Assembly (NCBI GenBank): GCA_037447605.1
Contig: CM074805.1
Span: 2,637,361 to 2,701,360, forward strand
Source of the DNA: Zygnema circumcarinatum SAG 698-1b
Lineage: Eukaryota; Plantae; Zygnematophyceae
Direction: 5' to 3'
Length of the DNA: 64,000 bases
The position numbers and the translations under genes are program-made. Below the pieces are notes generated by a model. The model ran no database searches and was not told the DNA's origin. It saw only the letters and a program-made list of their open reading frames with translations. Below, piece by piece: positions 1 through 12,931 of the stretch (its first letter is position 1; each line of letters begins with the position of its first letter).

Positions 1-875
1 GGTGACCTGTGATACGCTGAGCGACTGGCCTTGGCTGTCGCACGCTGCGACAGTCACCTTGCGACGGCACGATCCCCGGCGGTTGCGGCGGAATTCGTAC
101 GGTACGGCACCGGCCTGGGAAGCGTCCGTACATCCATCCACCAGTACGACAGTTGATTCTTTGCTCCAAAAACTGAGCGAGTCGGCCACGTGGCGCCCAT
201 CCGCGCAGTTCCGTTGGGCAATCCACGACCGGTGCCGCCGAGCTCGCCACATGCCCCCCCGCTGGGACCGCCACGTTGGACAGCCTCACACGTGTTTCCC
301 CTCCATTCGCTGGCGCCTGTGCCAAATCTCCGCCGGGATGGGCCGCGGCGGGCGGGCGGGCGGGCGGGCGGGCACGTGGCCGCACCTATAATAGTGAGCG
401 CCGCTTTGTGCGCGGGGACACGTGGCGAGCGGCGACTGGCGGGGGGAGGGTGAGGGACGGTACGGCGGGCGGCAGGGCGGGCCGCTGTCCTTAGGCGCGG
501 ATGAGGGTGGCAGTACGAGCAGTACGGTCAATGACATGTCAATGGGTTGAGGGTTAGGTTTACCGTACTGTACGGTGGTCGTTCGGTGTGTCGGCCCGCG
601 GCGATCGCGGATCAACTTCTTCGCCCCTGCTTCCGTCTGGAGGGGGGGTCGGCGGTTGAGCCTCGCGCCGCAGTGGGTGGATCTCGACATCTTGTTCGCG
701 AGGATGGTTGATTCCCTGCCGTTGATTCCACTTTGATTGTCGGATTTCGTTGCACTGATCATCAATTGAATTTTCGCAGTGAAAAAGGCGCGTTTCCATG
801 GTCCAACTTGGGATGGCAAAAAGTCCGTACAAGGGACTTTCAGAGTTTTAGATTCCAGAATCAGAACGGTCTAAT

Positions 876-1692
876 GAGAATGATACTGCACCCCCCCCAA
901 TATGGATATCCCACCCCCTTTCTGAAAACTTTGCCCTCCCATTTTGGTGATCCCGCACCCTTGTTTTGGATGTTTCACCCCTATTTTGGATATCCTACCC
1001 CCTTGTTTTCTCGATTTCACTACTGACTTCCAACATTGTGCAACGAAAGAAAAGGGGATTTGCATTGATCTCACGATGGTGAGGCCATCAAATGACCATG
1101 ACATGGGGAACCACGAGAAACTGGTTGCAAAGGACCTAAGCACAAAATAAAAAAACTAAGTGCAAAAACCTTAAAAAGAAACTAAACGAAACAACCCAAA
1201 TTTCCTTCTTTTTGGAAAACGTCGCCTTGATCTTGAAAGGGCAATTTTTCAAGCTGCTGGAGGTATGCCTCTTCTTGCTACTCTCTTCCTGACCTCTATT
1301 CCCGTAGGTCCCCCCGCTGAAGCATTGCAGGTGGAGTCGCCGGCTGTCGCTATGCCTGCCGATCTTGATGTCAACTCCTTCGTGCCTGTAGTGCTCGGTG
1401 ATGACTTGTACGAGCTCATCGCGGGTCTCATACTCAGTTGGTAGCATTTTTGTGGACATTGCAAACCGAGAAGAGGAGAGAAGAGGAGGGGAGGGTAGGG
1501 GAGGGGAGGGGGGGAGGGGAGGGGAGGGTAGGGGATATCTCCTCTCGAAATATCCAAAACAGGGGGGGGGGATATCCAAAATAGGGGGTGGAATATCCAA
1601 AATAAGGGGCGGGATAACCACAATGGAGGGCAAATTTTTCAAAAAGGGGGGTGTGGTATCCAAAATGGGGGGGGGGGTGCAGTATCATTCTC
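876..1692 (-). mobile_element. Non-autonomous Mutator-like element (MULE) with long TIRs and 9-bp TSD
   Basis: Begins GAGAATGATACTGCACCCCCCCC (876) and ends with its reverse complement GGGGGGGGTGCAGTATCATTCTC (1692). Flanked by the identical 9-mer CGGTCTAAT at 867-875 and 1693-1701. Subterminal ~20-bp GGATATCC-containing repeats occur at both ends. An internal FAR1-like ORF fragment is present. Confidence 0.9.
1195..1459 (-). pseudogene. FAR1/WRKY-GCM1-like DNA-binding domain fragment of a MULE transposase
   Basis: MSTKMLPTEYETRDELVQVITEHYRHEGVDIKIGRHSDSRRLHLQCFSGG...KKRHTSSSLKNCPFKIKATFSKKKEIWVV matches the pattern C..G...(R/K)xS..xxCPFxIxA...W.V. A possible CHGH motif follows near 1095 in another frame. 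No DDE domain is present. Confidence 0.7.
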
Positions 1693-1702
1693 CGGTCTAA
1701 TA

Positions 1703-2271
1703 GGGGGTGTCAGACTTAAAAAATTCTCGTAATACTAAAAATTCGATATTCGTAACATTTCGAGTCAACGTCAGTAAAACTAAAATTCTCGAGCGTAGTT
1801 TTTCGCACTCGCTAAGCATGGGTCCTCGCTCGCGACCGCTGACGCCGCCTTCGCGATCTTCTCCAAACGCCGTTCGCGAATCCTCGCCTCGCTGCTAGGC
1901 CCCTCGTGACTTTCAACCGCCACGGCTGCTGGAGACCGCTATCGTTGTAGTCGTTGCTGTCACGGGCGGATATGGCGCGCCTGCGAAGCCTGAAAACAAC
2001 CATGACGTCACGTTGACGCGATTTTCGCCAGTATTTTCTTCGCGACGCCCATTTCGGCTTCTTTGGGTGCCCAAAAATCGCAGCGTAAGAAGTGCCCTTT
2101 TAAGAAACCCCACGGGTCAATCTTCGCAAATATCACCCGTTGACTTAGCACAGTTGACTTCCGTTCGGCTGGCTGGGTTCGGGGGCTCGGCGATTTTAGT
2201 ACCTAAGAACCTCATTCTCGTGAATACTAAAAACTCGATATTCGTAACATTTTGTTAAGTCTGACACCCCC
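1703..2271. mobile_element. MITE (~570 bp) with 17-bp TIR
   Basis: GGGGGTGTCAGACTTAA at 1703 and TTAAGTCTGACACCCCC ending at 2271. TA (extendable to TAATA) lies on both sides. A ~40-bp direct repeat (ATTCTCGT.AATACTAAAAA.TCGATATTCGTAACATTT) sits just inside each TIR. No coding capacity. Confidence 0.8.
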
Positions 2272-2809
2272 TAATAGAGGGAGTCAGACCTTGACCATCG
2301 CCAAATCAATTTCGTAAGCCTGTCGGGCGAATTAAGCATTGGCTAGGTACGCATTTCGGTATGGCTGTGTATGGCGGAGCCGCGGATCCCGACACGGAAT
2401 TCGTACACGAACTATAGCTCCGTATTATACACTTTGAGGTTCGATACAATGTATAATACAGTATTAATACTATATTATACACTGTATAATACCTTAACGC
2501 AACTGTTAACATCCGTACAATTGGAACATAGATACATACGGAAATTATGTACGGAATGGGTGTACCAATATGTACGGACCAAGTCACACGTGTTGAGAGT
2601 TTGGCACGTGACGTGACTTGGCAAGTGCTGGAATTTCAATATTATAATCAATCTTTGTTCAACTAAGCACTTAAAATAAAATAAATATTTAAAATTAATA
2701 AAAATATTAATCAGAGATTTTTAAATTTTTATATAATACGATGTAATATACAGTGTATTAATACACGCGTTTGATACATACCTGAGCCATAACATGAACC
2801 TTTGACTTC

Positions 2810-3540
2810 TAAAGGTGGGATCACAAGTTGTTTTCCACCTCGTGACAGTTAAGGCCCCCAAGAAATTCGGCCCGATTTTGTCGTAAAACCAACTTTTTGT
2901 ACCTGTAGACTTTGTGTTATCTAAAAACTATTCTGTACAATCCGTGACATCTGGTACCATTCCCACAACTGTATTTGGGGCCGTAATTAGTTGCATTAGC
3001 GCCGCAGTAACTATTTCATCTTCATAGTGTCGCTGAAGTCGCTTCTCCCTCTTCTTTCTGGCCTCATAATGCATAATATACATGCGATACTGATAGATAT
3101 AGTGTTACGTATACTGGCATTTATGCGTACGTACTGTACACAAAGAGATTCTGTTTTCGCCATGACTTCGAAATATCGGGCGTAAAAATATCAGATGGCA
3201 AATATAAGGTCCGTTACCACCAAAGTGTTGGCCTCATCGTGATGTTAGAGTTCATGCACGTCAGACGTGATCGCATCGCATCGTCGCTTTCACATATCGC
3301 GACCGCTGTCGCATCAGATCGTGACGCAAACCGCATACGCTATTGCCATGAAGCAGTTTCTAGCGCTCACCGAGGCAAAAGAACCAAAAGCTGAGCCCCG
3401 TGAATCTGCCACTTTCAAGGCCAGGACGGCCAGCATTTTAGAAAGTACCGTATCTACGCATCGCATCGTATCAACCAATAAGAAGTGGAGAAGAGCGAAG
3501 CGCCTCTTACTGGCCAAGACGCGCGGGGAGAATAATAGGT
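2810..3540. repeat. Spacer-Y family repeat cluster: inverted copy (about 2810-3130) plus forward half (about 3140-3540)
   Basis: About 2830-2945 is the reverse complement of the Y half seen at about 48757-48882. About 3045-3130 is the reverse complement of the right end of Y (CCAAAAAGAAATGGAGAAG). About 3155-3500 matches Y at 13170-13407 (GGCAAAT..AAGGTCCG.TACCA). Aligned by eye; degenerate. Confidence 0.55.
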
Positions 3541-3547
3541 GAGTTTA

Positions 3548-4425
3548 TGTAGTCCGCTAGCGTAGAGCCGGGCCAACGCGGGTTCACGCCGCCACTCTTC
3601 CAGCCGGTCACGGACGTTAGAATCCGTGAGCTGCCAATCTCGGATGCGGTATATGTGTTATACTCCACTGCACAGCTGATATCGCCCAATATGCACTTTA
3701 GCGCCAAGACTGCCTATACATTAGTTTATTCCATCATAAGTAGTTTCATTATGTCACTAGGTTACCTCAGTGAAATACACAATCGAACGTCACCTGGCTT
3801 CACATCTCCCAGGATTTCATCGTCGAGATAGATAGATAGTTTGGATAAGTGTCGCTTATATTTAGACGGTCGTGGTTTGTTGTCTTGTTCTTCTTTCTTC
3901 CTCCCCAAGCCCAAAAAGAAATCACAGCACGGTATATATAAAGAGTTCCACCGCAGTAGAGAGAGAGAGTCTCTTTGCCGTATACATCAGGACATCCAAT
4001 TCAGCCCAACCCGCATAGCATTTCAAAGTTGAGAAGACACTTATATCAGAATTGAGAAACCTACCCACCGCCGACAGTAAAGTTTCAAGACACCCTTTCT
4101 AAACCGATTCCTATCTTCCTTTGTCAGCGCATGCCAGCCCAACGCGATCTCGCTTCATTTCGCCCCACGAGATCGGCGATAACTAGAGTTTAGCAAAGAG
4201 AATAGTCAAGAGAGTAAACAAAGAAGAGAATCCCTCAGGAAGGGCTCTTTGCTTATCGAACTGGCCGCCGCTGAACACTACACTTCACGCCGCTGCGGTT
4301 CTTCAATCCTCGCCCGGCTTCAGCATCGCCAGTATTCACAAATTAACCAAATTCATTGGGCCAAGCATGTGACGCATTCAGTTACCGCACACACCTCAGC
4401 CCAGATCACAGCCTCCCACCTCGTG
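3548..4425 (+). repeat. Diverged solo LTR of Gypsy family A in opposite orientation, tail-to-tail with LTR-a
   Basis: Starts TGTAG. Contains GTGGTTTGTTGTCTTGTTCTTC, a (GA)n tract and AAGGGCTCTT, all reverse complements of family A LTR motifs. A TATA-like TATATATAAAG lies near 3933. Confidence 0.7.
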
Positions 4426-4428
4426 AAG

Positions 4429-5411
4429 ACAAGATAAGTGGGGTTGGGTGCGAGACGCCGAGCTAGTCAGCAGGCCGACGGCTACCGTCCGGCATTTTAA
4501 AACCGACACGGCGGTCGGGCTGGTACGTGGATCCGCCGCAAAGATGAGCCGTGATCCTGGGATCGTGAGGTACGCCAGCAAATTTTAAGACGCAGGGATT
4601 CCGGCGATGCCCCCACCGCGTCGGACTCGACGCGAAAGAGCCCTTCCCTTGGGGCTCTCCCTCCCCGCCCCTTCCCCAGTCTCTTAGCCAGGGCTTCTAG
4701 CTAATATCGTCATTAAAGAGGAAATGTAAGGCGTGATGTAATCAAGATGGTAGCTTCGCATAGTGACTAAAGAATGGTAAAACAGCACCAACTTAGGATA
4801 AAGGCTGTATTTTGAAAGTCACCCCAGCCAAGTTGGTCAGGGATACCATTACAATGAAAGGATCTTCTCATCAAATCTTGTCTAGTCATTGAATGGGACG
4901 CCTAAATGCTAATGCTAAGAAGACTCTTCTCTCTATCTACGGCATGGGACTCTCTCTCTCTCTCACACTTAGCATCTGTTGCTGGAACTGAAGAGGAAGA
5001 AGAGAAGAACAAGACAACAAACCACACAGCAAATACAAATACTAAGCCCAGCACTAAAAGACAAACTAGCATCACTGACATCCCATCTACTTAGCGCTGA
5101 CAATAGATCTTGAGCCTTAGCAGTTGATAAATTCCCCTGATAATAACCTACCACCCGAAAGGGCCTCCTCGGGACCGGACGCGGAGCCTTTCTGGACAGT
5201 CAACCGGCGACAATCGCATGGTATTTTAAGGGCGCTTTCCGTACTGGATGGTGTGTTGCCCGTGGCTGCCAACATGGCCGCTTTCTCGCATTTTCCCCGC
5301 TTCAAGAACTCCCGATTATGCCGCCGTCCGCGAGCATCAACAATACGTAATATTGCTAAAAGATAACCGAATCTGGACAGCGATCCGTCAGAAGGCCGTT
5401 CTACGCTTACA
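4429..5411 (-). repeat. Family A 3' LTR (LTR-a)
   Basis: Runs from ACAAGATAAGTGGGGTT to CTACGCTTACA on the plus strand. Homologous to the LTRs at 11943, 13408, 18903, 20331 and 47746. Confidence 0.8.
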
Positions 5412-5829
5412 TCGCGAAGCATTGGCGCCTGGGAAAATACACGCACTGGGCGCAAAGCAATGTGAAGAAGAGAGACAAAGGGCGTGGAGGAGCCAAATGG
5501 ATGACGGACGGAGTAAGCAGCTGCGGTCGTGGTGGGAGAATCTTCTCCATATTCTGCAAGAATGGGAGTATCTACAGGACCGGAGGCGAGGAGGGAGTAA
5601 GACAAATTAAAATCGAAGGGATCTGGCCACACAAAGCAGAATACGTCGGGCGGCTTAAAAAGTGGCTGAATTAGAAATGGACCAATGAGGGAGTCGCTAC
5701 GGCAGTGGTATAAAGCGAGTAATCGCTGGCCGTCGGGTTGCAACGCCAGCCTATCTGGGAGGAACTGCCGACGCTGGCGGCACAAATGTCGCATCCAGCA
5801 GGAACGCCAGCCGGCGTTTTACTTAGAGT

Positions 5830-8800
5830 CGTGGTTCTCCAAATGACGGCCCAACCCGGACTCCGACCTTTAATCGACACAAACGGCGGCCCAACCACCA
5901 AAGCCCGCTGAGTCGGCTCAAGCGAGACTCTCGAGCCAAATGAGCCGACGCACCTGATTGGGCTGAGAGCAGCCGCCCCAAAGTCAGCGCTAGCCACCGC
6001 GCTGCTCGGTGCGCGGGAGGCCATGTAACCTGGTTTGGGGCCGGAGGGCCGAGTCGGGTTGCGGCTGACCCATCCGGGAGGAGCCGCCATCGTGAGAAGA
6101 GGGGCTCAGCAGAGGAGGTCAAGGGGAATGCTGGGCTTACTACCATGGTGGTTCTCGTAGGGAGCAGAAGCCAGAGTGAGGAATCGCAGGTGTTGTACGC
6201 GAAGACCGGGAGGGATGGTCTTCGCCAGCCCGCTCTCCGCAACGCTGAACGACGCATCCTGACCGTCTGTATGGTAATGCTCGCAGCCCATTCTCGCCAC
6301 TCGAAAGGGGCCAAAGGTGCTGCGGGAATGATGCGAAGTCCCCATGAGCTTGCGGCAAACGCCTCAGATTCGGTGCCAATGTCGTGAGCTGACAGAGTAG
6401 GGAGAGAGTGACGGTGAATGTACGCCGCCGAAAGGGGCAGAGTCGTATCTAACGTTTAGATTTCGTCAGCGCGGAACTTCCACCACTTATGTGGTCTGCC
6501 CACCTGAAGACCTGAATAGCCAGAGGGGTGCCGAAGCCGGGGATGTAAAAGGCGCCGATGTCTAATCTTCGCGACGCCACAGACGGATCTCACCCATCTC
6601 GAGGGCTTGGCGTCGGGGAAGCGTATTGGTCGCTGGCAAATGGGGTGCAAGGTGTTTCGGGATGTACGCTCACACCGCTGCCATGGAGGCCGGGCCAATA
6701 AGCAGGGCTTCCCGCAAAGAAAAGCGCACCATCTTCGCTAAGGTGAAATCCGCTCGGTTGGGGGAATCGTAGCGACGCCCAGAATTTGCGCTGGGGAAAG
6801 GAATGGGGAAGGCTCTGGAAGGTAGAGAATCGGCCCATCATCGACGTAGGAAAGCCCAGCCGGCGGAGCACCAGCCCTCTCTAGATCCGCGGATAAAAGT
6901 GGGGGCAAGGAAGCCGCGACGAAATAAGAGGAGGGAGTCGAATGGACGTCATCGCGCCGGGAAATGGGGAGGAAGTTAAAAGGAGCCACCATCGCCATCC
7001 ATGCGCGAGGAGCTCCTACCTGACCGCATGGGTGGCCGGGTGAAGTCGGTCCCGCCGCCGAAGGAGGTGTGGTGGCCGTGGGCCGGAATATCGGGACAAA
7101 TTTATCCGCTGAATATGACATCACGCAAAGTCTTGATCCGCAATAAAAACTTGTCGAAGAATTTCGTGGTTCAAGAAAGGGTGGGTGGAGGGATGGGTTC
7201 AGAACGTCGGATCGCGACAGCAGGAGGAGCCGACTAGATTGGCGCATCGAGGGCCGTCGTCGCGACGCGACCAATACCACGGATGCAGTGACCTGAGTAC
7301 ATTATACTCCTCCAACTTCATCACCCATCGCAAACTTAAAGGCCCGGAGGGCAAAATGCATAATGTACCAAGTGGGAGGGGTATGTACGGGTCCGGCCGA
7401 CACAATGGTAGTCAGAAGAGCTTGAATCTCGCGCCTGAGATACCGCTGCTCACCTCTAGGGTTGCATTTTGGTCTCGCTCAACAAAACCTCGCGGTATAA
7501 TCGGACGGGTGTTCCCCTATCCGGAATGCTTGATCGCCACGCCCCAGCCTGCCTCGGCTCCGCCATGCCACAATGGTGGGGCAGTGGTGGGCCGAAATTG
7601 GCGCATAAGTGAGCCCGGCGAGGGCACTCTGAGCGCTCGGAAGGCCAAATCTCGCGCCGGCTCCATTCATAGTGGACTCCGTGCTTCTCCAAGGCATGGA
7701 GGGGACGCGCGATAAGGGCATAGCCCTTGATGAACCGGCGATAGAATGAGGTGAGTCCCAAGAAAGACTTGAGCCGAGCGCAGGTCTCCGCGGAATCGCG
7801 CATAAGGTCACCGTCAAATCTTGTCGGAAAGGATGGTTTCGCGCCATCGGCGCCGGTGGCGGTGCGCCCGGTGATGAAAGTTGATCTCCTCATGGCCCCA
7901 TTTGCACTTCTTGGGTGCAATCTTCAAACGCCGCATCGATGAGCCGCGAAGTACTTGGTCAATGTGTCGCAGTGGTGACCAACTTTGCCGCAGGAAGCAT
8001 CATCCACGAAGTAGTTCCGCAGTATAGTACCCACAAGGGTCGTAACACCTGCTGGCCACGCTGGTGAGTCTGGCTGGAATTCTGAGCCCAAAGGGGAAGC
8101 ATAATCGCCCACCGCATCTAAGCGCGGGTCGTATAAGCCCCGCTCTGCAGCCGATCGGCCCGCCGCAGGGGACCGCCAAAAGGACTTCGTGATAAGTTCA
8201 GTGCCGAGAACCATCGTCCGCGGAGACGCCGCGGAGAATCAAATCCACATCCGTAATCGATAAGGATCCCACTATGGCATTAAGTTTCCATAGTCCCAAG
8301 CGCAGTGAAAGGTGTTATCCGCTGGGGCAGAATCTACTGGCTGGCCCAAGGTTCTTTCTCCCGGAAGTTCCATCAACCGGGCAGCCTAATGCTTCATCGA
8401 CCGTCGCCGGCTATCGGCCCGCTGAAGCCGCTGGAAAAGCTTTAGGGAGTCAGTGGTCATCGACGCGAGGCATCCTCGCATCGGCATGTGACGCCAATCA
8501 GCGCAGCTTCCTGTCATGTCAAGTGAATGGCGGCAAAACCAGTGATTTCGGCGCAAAAGACTTCTGGCGTAATCGAGAATGCTTTTGATCGTCCGAGGAC
8601 CGCCGGCCCCAATCGCATTCACCTTCTTCTATCTCCAAACACTCTTCTCAATACCACGGTCTCGCCGCTGGGTCGGAAAGTTCGCAAAATGGTCCCCTAC
8701 AGAAAAGGTCTCCGGCTCTGGCCGCCACGCAGGGTCGGGACCCGGGTGCAGGGAGGGGGAGTCTCGCCTTCGCATCAAAAATTGGCCGATCCATGGAAGA

Positions 8801-9100
8801 ATGGGGTCACCGCATTTGCATACGGATTCGTAGGGAGACCCGCTACCGTAGGGCGGCGTTTGGGGAAGCGAGGTGGGTAAGGGACTCGAGGATGATGGGA
8901 AGAGTACCGTCCCGGCCAAAGCAGATAAGCGAAATTTATACGTAGCAAAGTTGATTTGTGCTCCTATCGCGATGAGCCAATTCGAAAGCCCAAAGAAGAT
9001 ATTAGTGCTCAGCCGGCCGTGGATGACCAAAGATTCGCCTGCCCCATCTCTCGCCTAAGGTCGATGATCACTGCACCGCCAATTCCTTCACATGTATTCC
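5830..9100 (-). pseudogene. Family A pol remnant, copy A1 (PR-RT-RH-INT)
   Basis: Fragmented ORFs, e.g. 8629-9030 protease-like NWLIAIGAQINFAT, 7456-7920 RT thumb, 7199-7405 RNase H end, and 5823-6314 integrase C-terminus. Many frameshifts. Confidence 0.8.
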
Positions 9101-9199
9101 CCTCAACCCCTACGAGCATTTGAAACGGGCTCGAAGGCTTTGTCCAACTTAAATCCCCCGCAACTTTCATCACCGCTTGGATGTAATCAGGCAAAGATA

Positions 9200-11850
9200 G
9201 GGCCCCGTGGTTTATCATGTGGGCCTTGCCGGGATGACCGCTTAGCCATACATCACAGCGACTGCATCGTTGGTGTTGGATCGTGGGGAGGGAGAGATAC
9301 GAATCATGGTAGAGGGATGTATGGGAGAGCTAACTGGGTTCCCGAAGAGGCGCCGTGGCCATGTGGTGGATATCCGCCGTAGGGATGTCCAGGGAGTTGA
9401 ACCGTGGGAGGTCAAGTAGGGCGGCTCTCCGCGACTGCCGCCAGCTTTTTATTTAACTATTCGGGCGCATCGAACTGTACTCGCAGACAATCGCGGGATG
9501 CGTAATGCCCATCTTAGCTCGTTTCCCCTATGAGCCGAAGGAACTATGCGTTTCAATCGTGGATAGCGCCATCTGCTTCTGGGAGTGGGGCACGCATCGC
9601 CGCCAGGTAGAAACGGGCCGTCTGAGGGCGCACGGGAGGCTGACGCAGCATTTCTTCCGCCGCCGGTGCCGCTTCGGCCCGTCGCGTCGCTATGTCGGCT
9701 CCTCCTCATCAGATCATCCGCTTCCTCGTGCATGGATCCCAAGGGATGACCCGTGGAAGGAGGGAGGACGGGAGTTCTCCTGCCTGACAGGGGGGGCGAC
9801 CGGTGGAGCCGCGGCTGCAGGAGCCGGGTGCCGCTGACATTGGCAGGATAGCAAGGTGGACGAAAATGAGGATCGCCAATATTGTGGAGTCTGCTGGGCA
9901 GCGTTGCAATCTCTACGATCCCAAGCCAGCACCTTCTTCAATTGATAGTGATTCGTAATTGCCGCCGTATCGTCACGTAATCCGTAAGCATGGGCGCTGG
10001 CAGCCGATCGTTCTACCCCAATGCGTTTGTCGGGCGAGTGGAGTCCATGGGGCTAGATGTATTAAGGACCGTAGGATGGTATAAGCGGTGAAGGGAGGTG
10101 GAGGGGCAGCTTAAAGGGAGCCGGAGTTCTGGTGTGTGAATAGCCTGAGCATGTCCATGAAGGTGATCTTCGGCAGGAGCTCGCACGCCTCTTCTGCCTT
10201 CTCACTGGAAAGTCTCCCCGATGCACACACCTGCATCATGTCCCGTGATCCGCAGGAGTGTTGTGTCCATGGTCCACAGCCAAGTACCGCTGGATTATGT
10301 GATTCAGGCCGCGTGCAAGCACAAAATGCTCCTCGGAACTCCCCGCCACTGCTATCCGACGGCAAGAATTGGCCTCCCCGTAGCCTTCTTTCTTCGTGTT
10401 CGACTGGAGGCGACCCTGATATCCCGGACGAAACACGGTATGTGAGGACTACCGACGCGCCAATGGGATGCGCCAGATCGCGAGGGTATGGGGAAAGGGG
10501 AAGGCTTTACCGCTACTGGGTTATGTTCAGGCTGCACTACGTGGGCTGCCCTACGCCTGCTGTGGGACGGGTGAAAGTGACGCAGTTTGTTCCTGTAAGA
10601 TGTAATGTAGTGGACTACGCTAACCGCTGGATTTTGTAGTCTTCGTGAACCGGTGAAATGCATCTTGTCGGATCCTAGGCATTCATGTAATGTGGTCGCA
10701 TATGTCTAGTTGGGCTCCCTCTCTTTGATCCTTCTCCAATTCGCTCGCCTTTCTAACAACGCCGGGTATCTGGCCGGTGGGTTGTCACAAGAACTAATGA
10801 TCCAGTGGAGATCCTCCTCGGCCATGGCCTTATGTCCATCGAGAACTTCGAAAGTCGCAGTTCTCGATCAGATTACGGCGCATCGTAAAACGCTCAAGAA
10901 TTCAAATACCGCCATCATCAGCACTCTCGCGGGTACCAGCGCCGATTGATCCGGGAATCCGCTGTCTCAAAGTCAGCTTGAATGTGTCCTTGTCGTGGTG
11001 CCGACGACATCCGCGAAGCGCTGACAGCCTTCCGCCACCGCCTCTCCTTCCAAATACCGGTAAGGGCCGCCTTGATCCACCTGGGCTTCCCTTCAAGTTC
11101 CCGCTTATGCCGCTTTCTCCTCAAGATAAACCACCAGGCTTCTCGATCTTCCCCGCTTAAGCCGAATCCTCTGGTGACATGCCCGTGGTATCTTCTACCT
11201 CACTCTTCTTTTCGTGAATCACGGCTATTCGCCGGTCATCATCTCTTCCATCTTGCCGGAAACCGTGATCCGACACGCGGTGTTTCTCCTCGCAGTCAGG
11301 CGGAAGTCGGAGAGGGTCCTTATGTATCGCCCCGCCTCGCCTCGAAGCCGGCCCTGGGCCGCCGGGGATGAGTAAGTTGTGAACGCCGGAGCGGGGTCTT
11401 CGAGGAATCCCTTGCTCGTCAGAAAATCGCGTGTCAGCCGGTGCAGGTTTGGCAAATTCCTGGTGCGTAGCTTATCCCGACATTAGATCCCCGCGGGTTC
11501 TCGCTCTCCGTGGGCCGCGCTGGGACCTCGCTTTAACGTACCTCTCTTCACGACCGCGTCGTGATGTGCTGGACCGCAGGTCGCAGCTTGATCATCCGGG
11601 CGCAGTATATTGCCGTGGGGCCGGAAGTTTATGGCCATCACGCTTAGACAGAGTCGCCGTAGCTTCTTCAATCGACTCGACCGCCAAGGTAAGCCGCACG
11701 GGCTAAGGGCTCCTCGTGAGGCTCCATCTTCACTTCCGACCGCTTTTCCTTCCGAATCAACTGGGCCTCGACTACCGCCTGCTCTTCTTGAGGTCCCACG
11801 TTTCATTCAATACTCATGGAAGATCTCGCTTGTCCTCTTTGCTGCTCTTC
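9200..11850 (-). pseudogene. Family A gag remnant, copy A1
   Basis: Homologous to 16570-18850 and 45262-47727. A degenerate CX2CX4HX4C knuckle lies near 10220-10265, followed by a Pro-rich region. Confidence 0.55.
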
Positions 11851-11942
11851 ATTCATGGCGGCCGTGACACGGGGTCGTCGATCTTAAAATTTCACGGCAT
11901 CGGGCGTGCACGCGCGGATCTCAAACCCCGTGTCCTATACCA

Positions 11943-12931
11943 AGATAAGTGGGGTTAAAAGGAGATTGCCGAAAGGTTGTGCCGCAGGCGCTGCACGCAC
12001 AAGGTCTGCGGCCGAAAACCTGGCGAAGGGTTGGGTTGGTGCTGGTGGACTGCCTCGCGCGATAAAGCTGTGATCCGGGATTCGGGGAGGTACGCCGCAG
12101 GCCGGAACGAGGGATCCCGGCGATGTTCCCACCTACGGCCGTGGACTCGACAAAGAAAGAGCCCCTTCCTGGGGGCTCTCCTCCCCTCGCCCCTCCCTCG
12201 CTAGTCTCTACCTATAGGGGCTTCTATTACGTTGGTCATTGGAGGCAGTCGTAAGGCGTGATAGAACAAGATGGTAGCTTGGCATAGTGACTCGTATATG
12301 AAAGGTAAAACAAGACTCAACTTAGATAAAGGCTGGGATTGATGCCAGCTGGCTATCGGGATAGTCATTACAATGAAAGGATCTTCTCACCTAAATCTTT
12401 GTCTAGGCTGGGCTGAATGGGACGTCTAAATGCTATCAACAAGAAGACTCTCTCTCTTCACCTATGGCATGGACTCTCTCTCTCTCTCTCACACTTAAAG
12501 ATTCAAGGTTGAACTCAGAGGTTATTAGGGCAAGAGAAGAACAAGACAACAAACCACACAAAGAAATACAAATACTAAGCCCAAAGACTAAAAGACAAAC
12601 TAGTACACGACATCCCATCTACTTAGCCGACAATAGATCTTGAGTCAGCAAAGATACTCGACGCCAACCGCCCACCGAGTGGCCTCCTGACTGACCGCTG
12701 TGGAGCCTTCTGGATAGGTCAACTCCATGACAATCGGGCGGCATTTTGCGGCGCTTCCGAAAGTGCCTTACCGGATGGCGCGTTGCGGTCGCTGGGCTGC
12801 CAACACACGGCGTCAGCCAGATTTTCGTCGCAACCTCGGATTATGCCGTCCGCGGACATCAATAATACGCATATGTCAAGTACAACCGAATCCGACGCTG
12901 ATCCGGCTGAAGCGCCGCCTCCGCTACTACA
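11943..12931 (-). repeat. Family A 5' LTR (LTR-b)
   Basis: Abuts the PBS-like sequence on its left and ends CCGCTACTACA on the plus strand. Confidence 0.8.

Larger units (their letters stand above)
4429..12931 (-). mobile_element. Ty3/Gypsy LTR retrotransposon family A, copy A1 (~8.5 kb, degenerate)
   Basis: LTRs at 4429-5411 and 11943-12931. A PBS-like TGGTATAGGA is present on the minus strand (11933-11942). Frameshifted gag, PR, RT (LKSFLGLTSFYRRFIKGYALIARPLHAL), RH (RWVMKLEEY) and INT remnants occur in Gypsy order. Confidence 0.9.

Noticed and set aside
1-866. GC-rich (GGGC)n tract, small hairpin at 35-53 and GGGTTGAGGGTTAGG
   Set aside because: Probably part of an older repeat truncated by the window edge; no termini or coding signal to classify it.
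5117-5794. 225-aa minus-strand ORF running from the 3' UTR into LTR-a (possible extra ORF or env)
   Set aside because: The frame is not conserved in A3 (21138-21845), and no transmembrane or domain motif was recognised.
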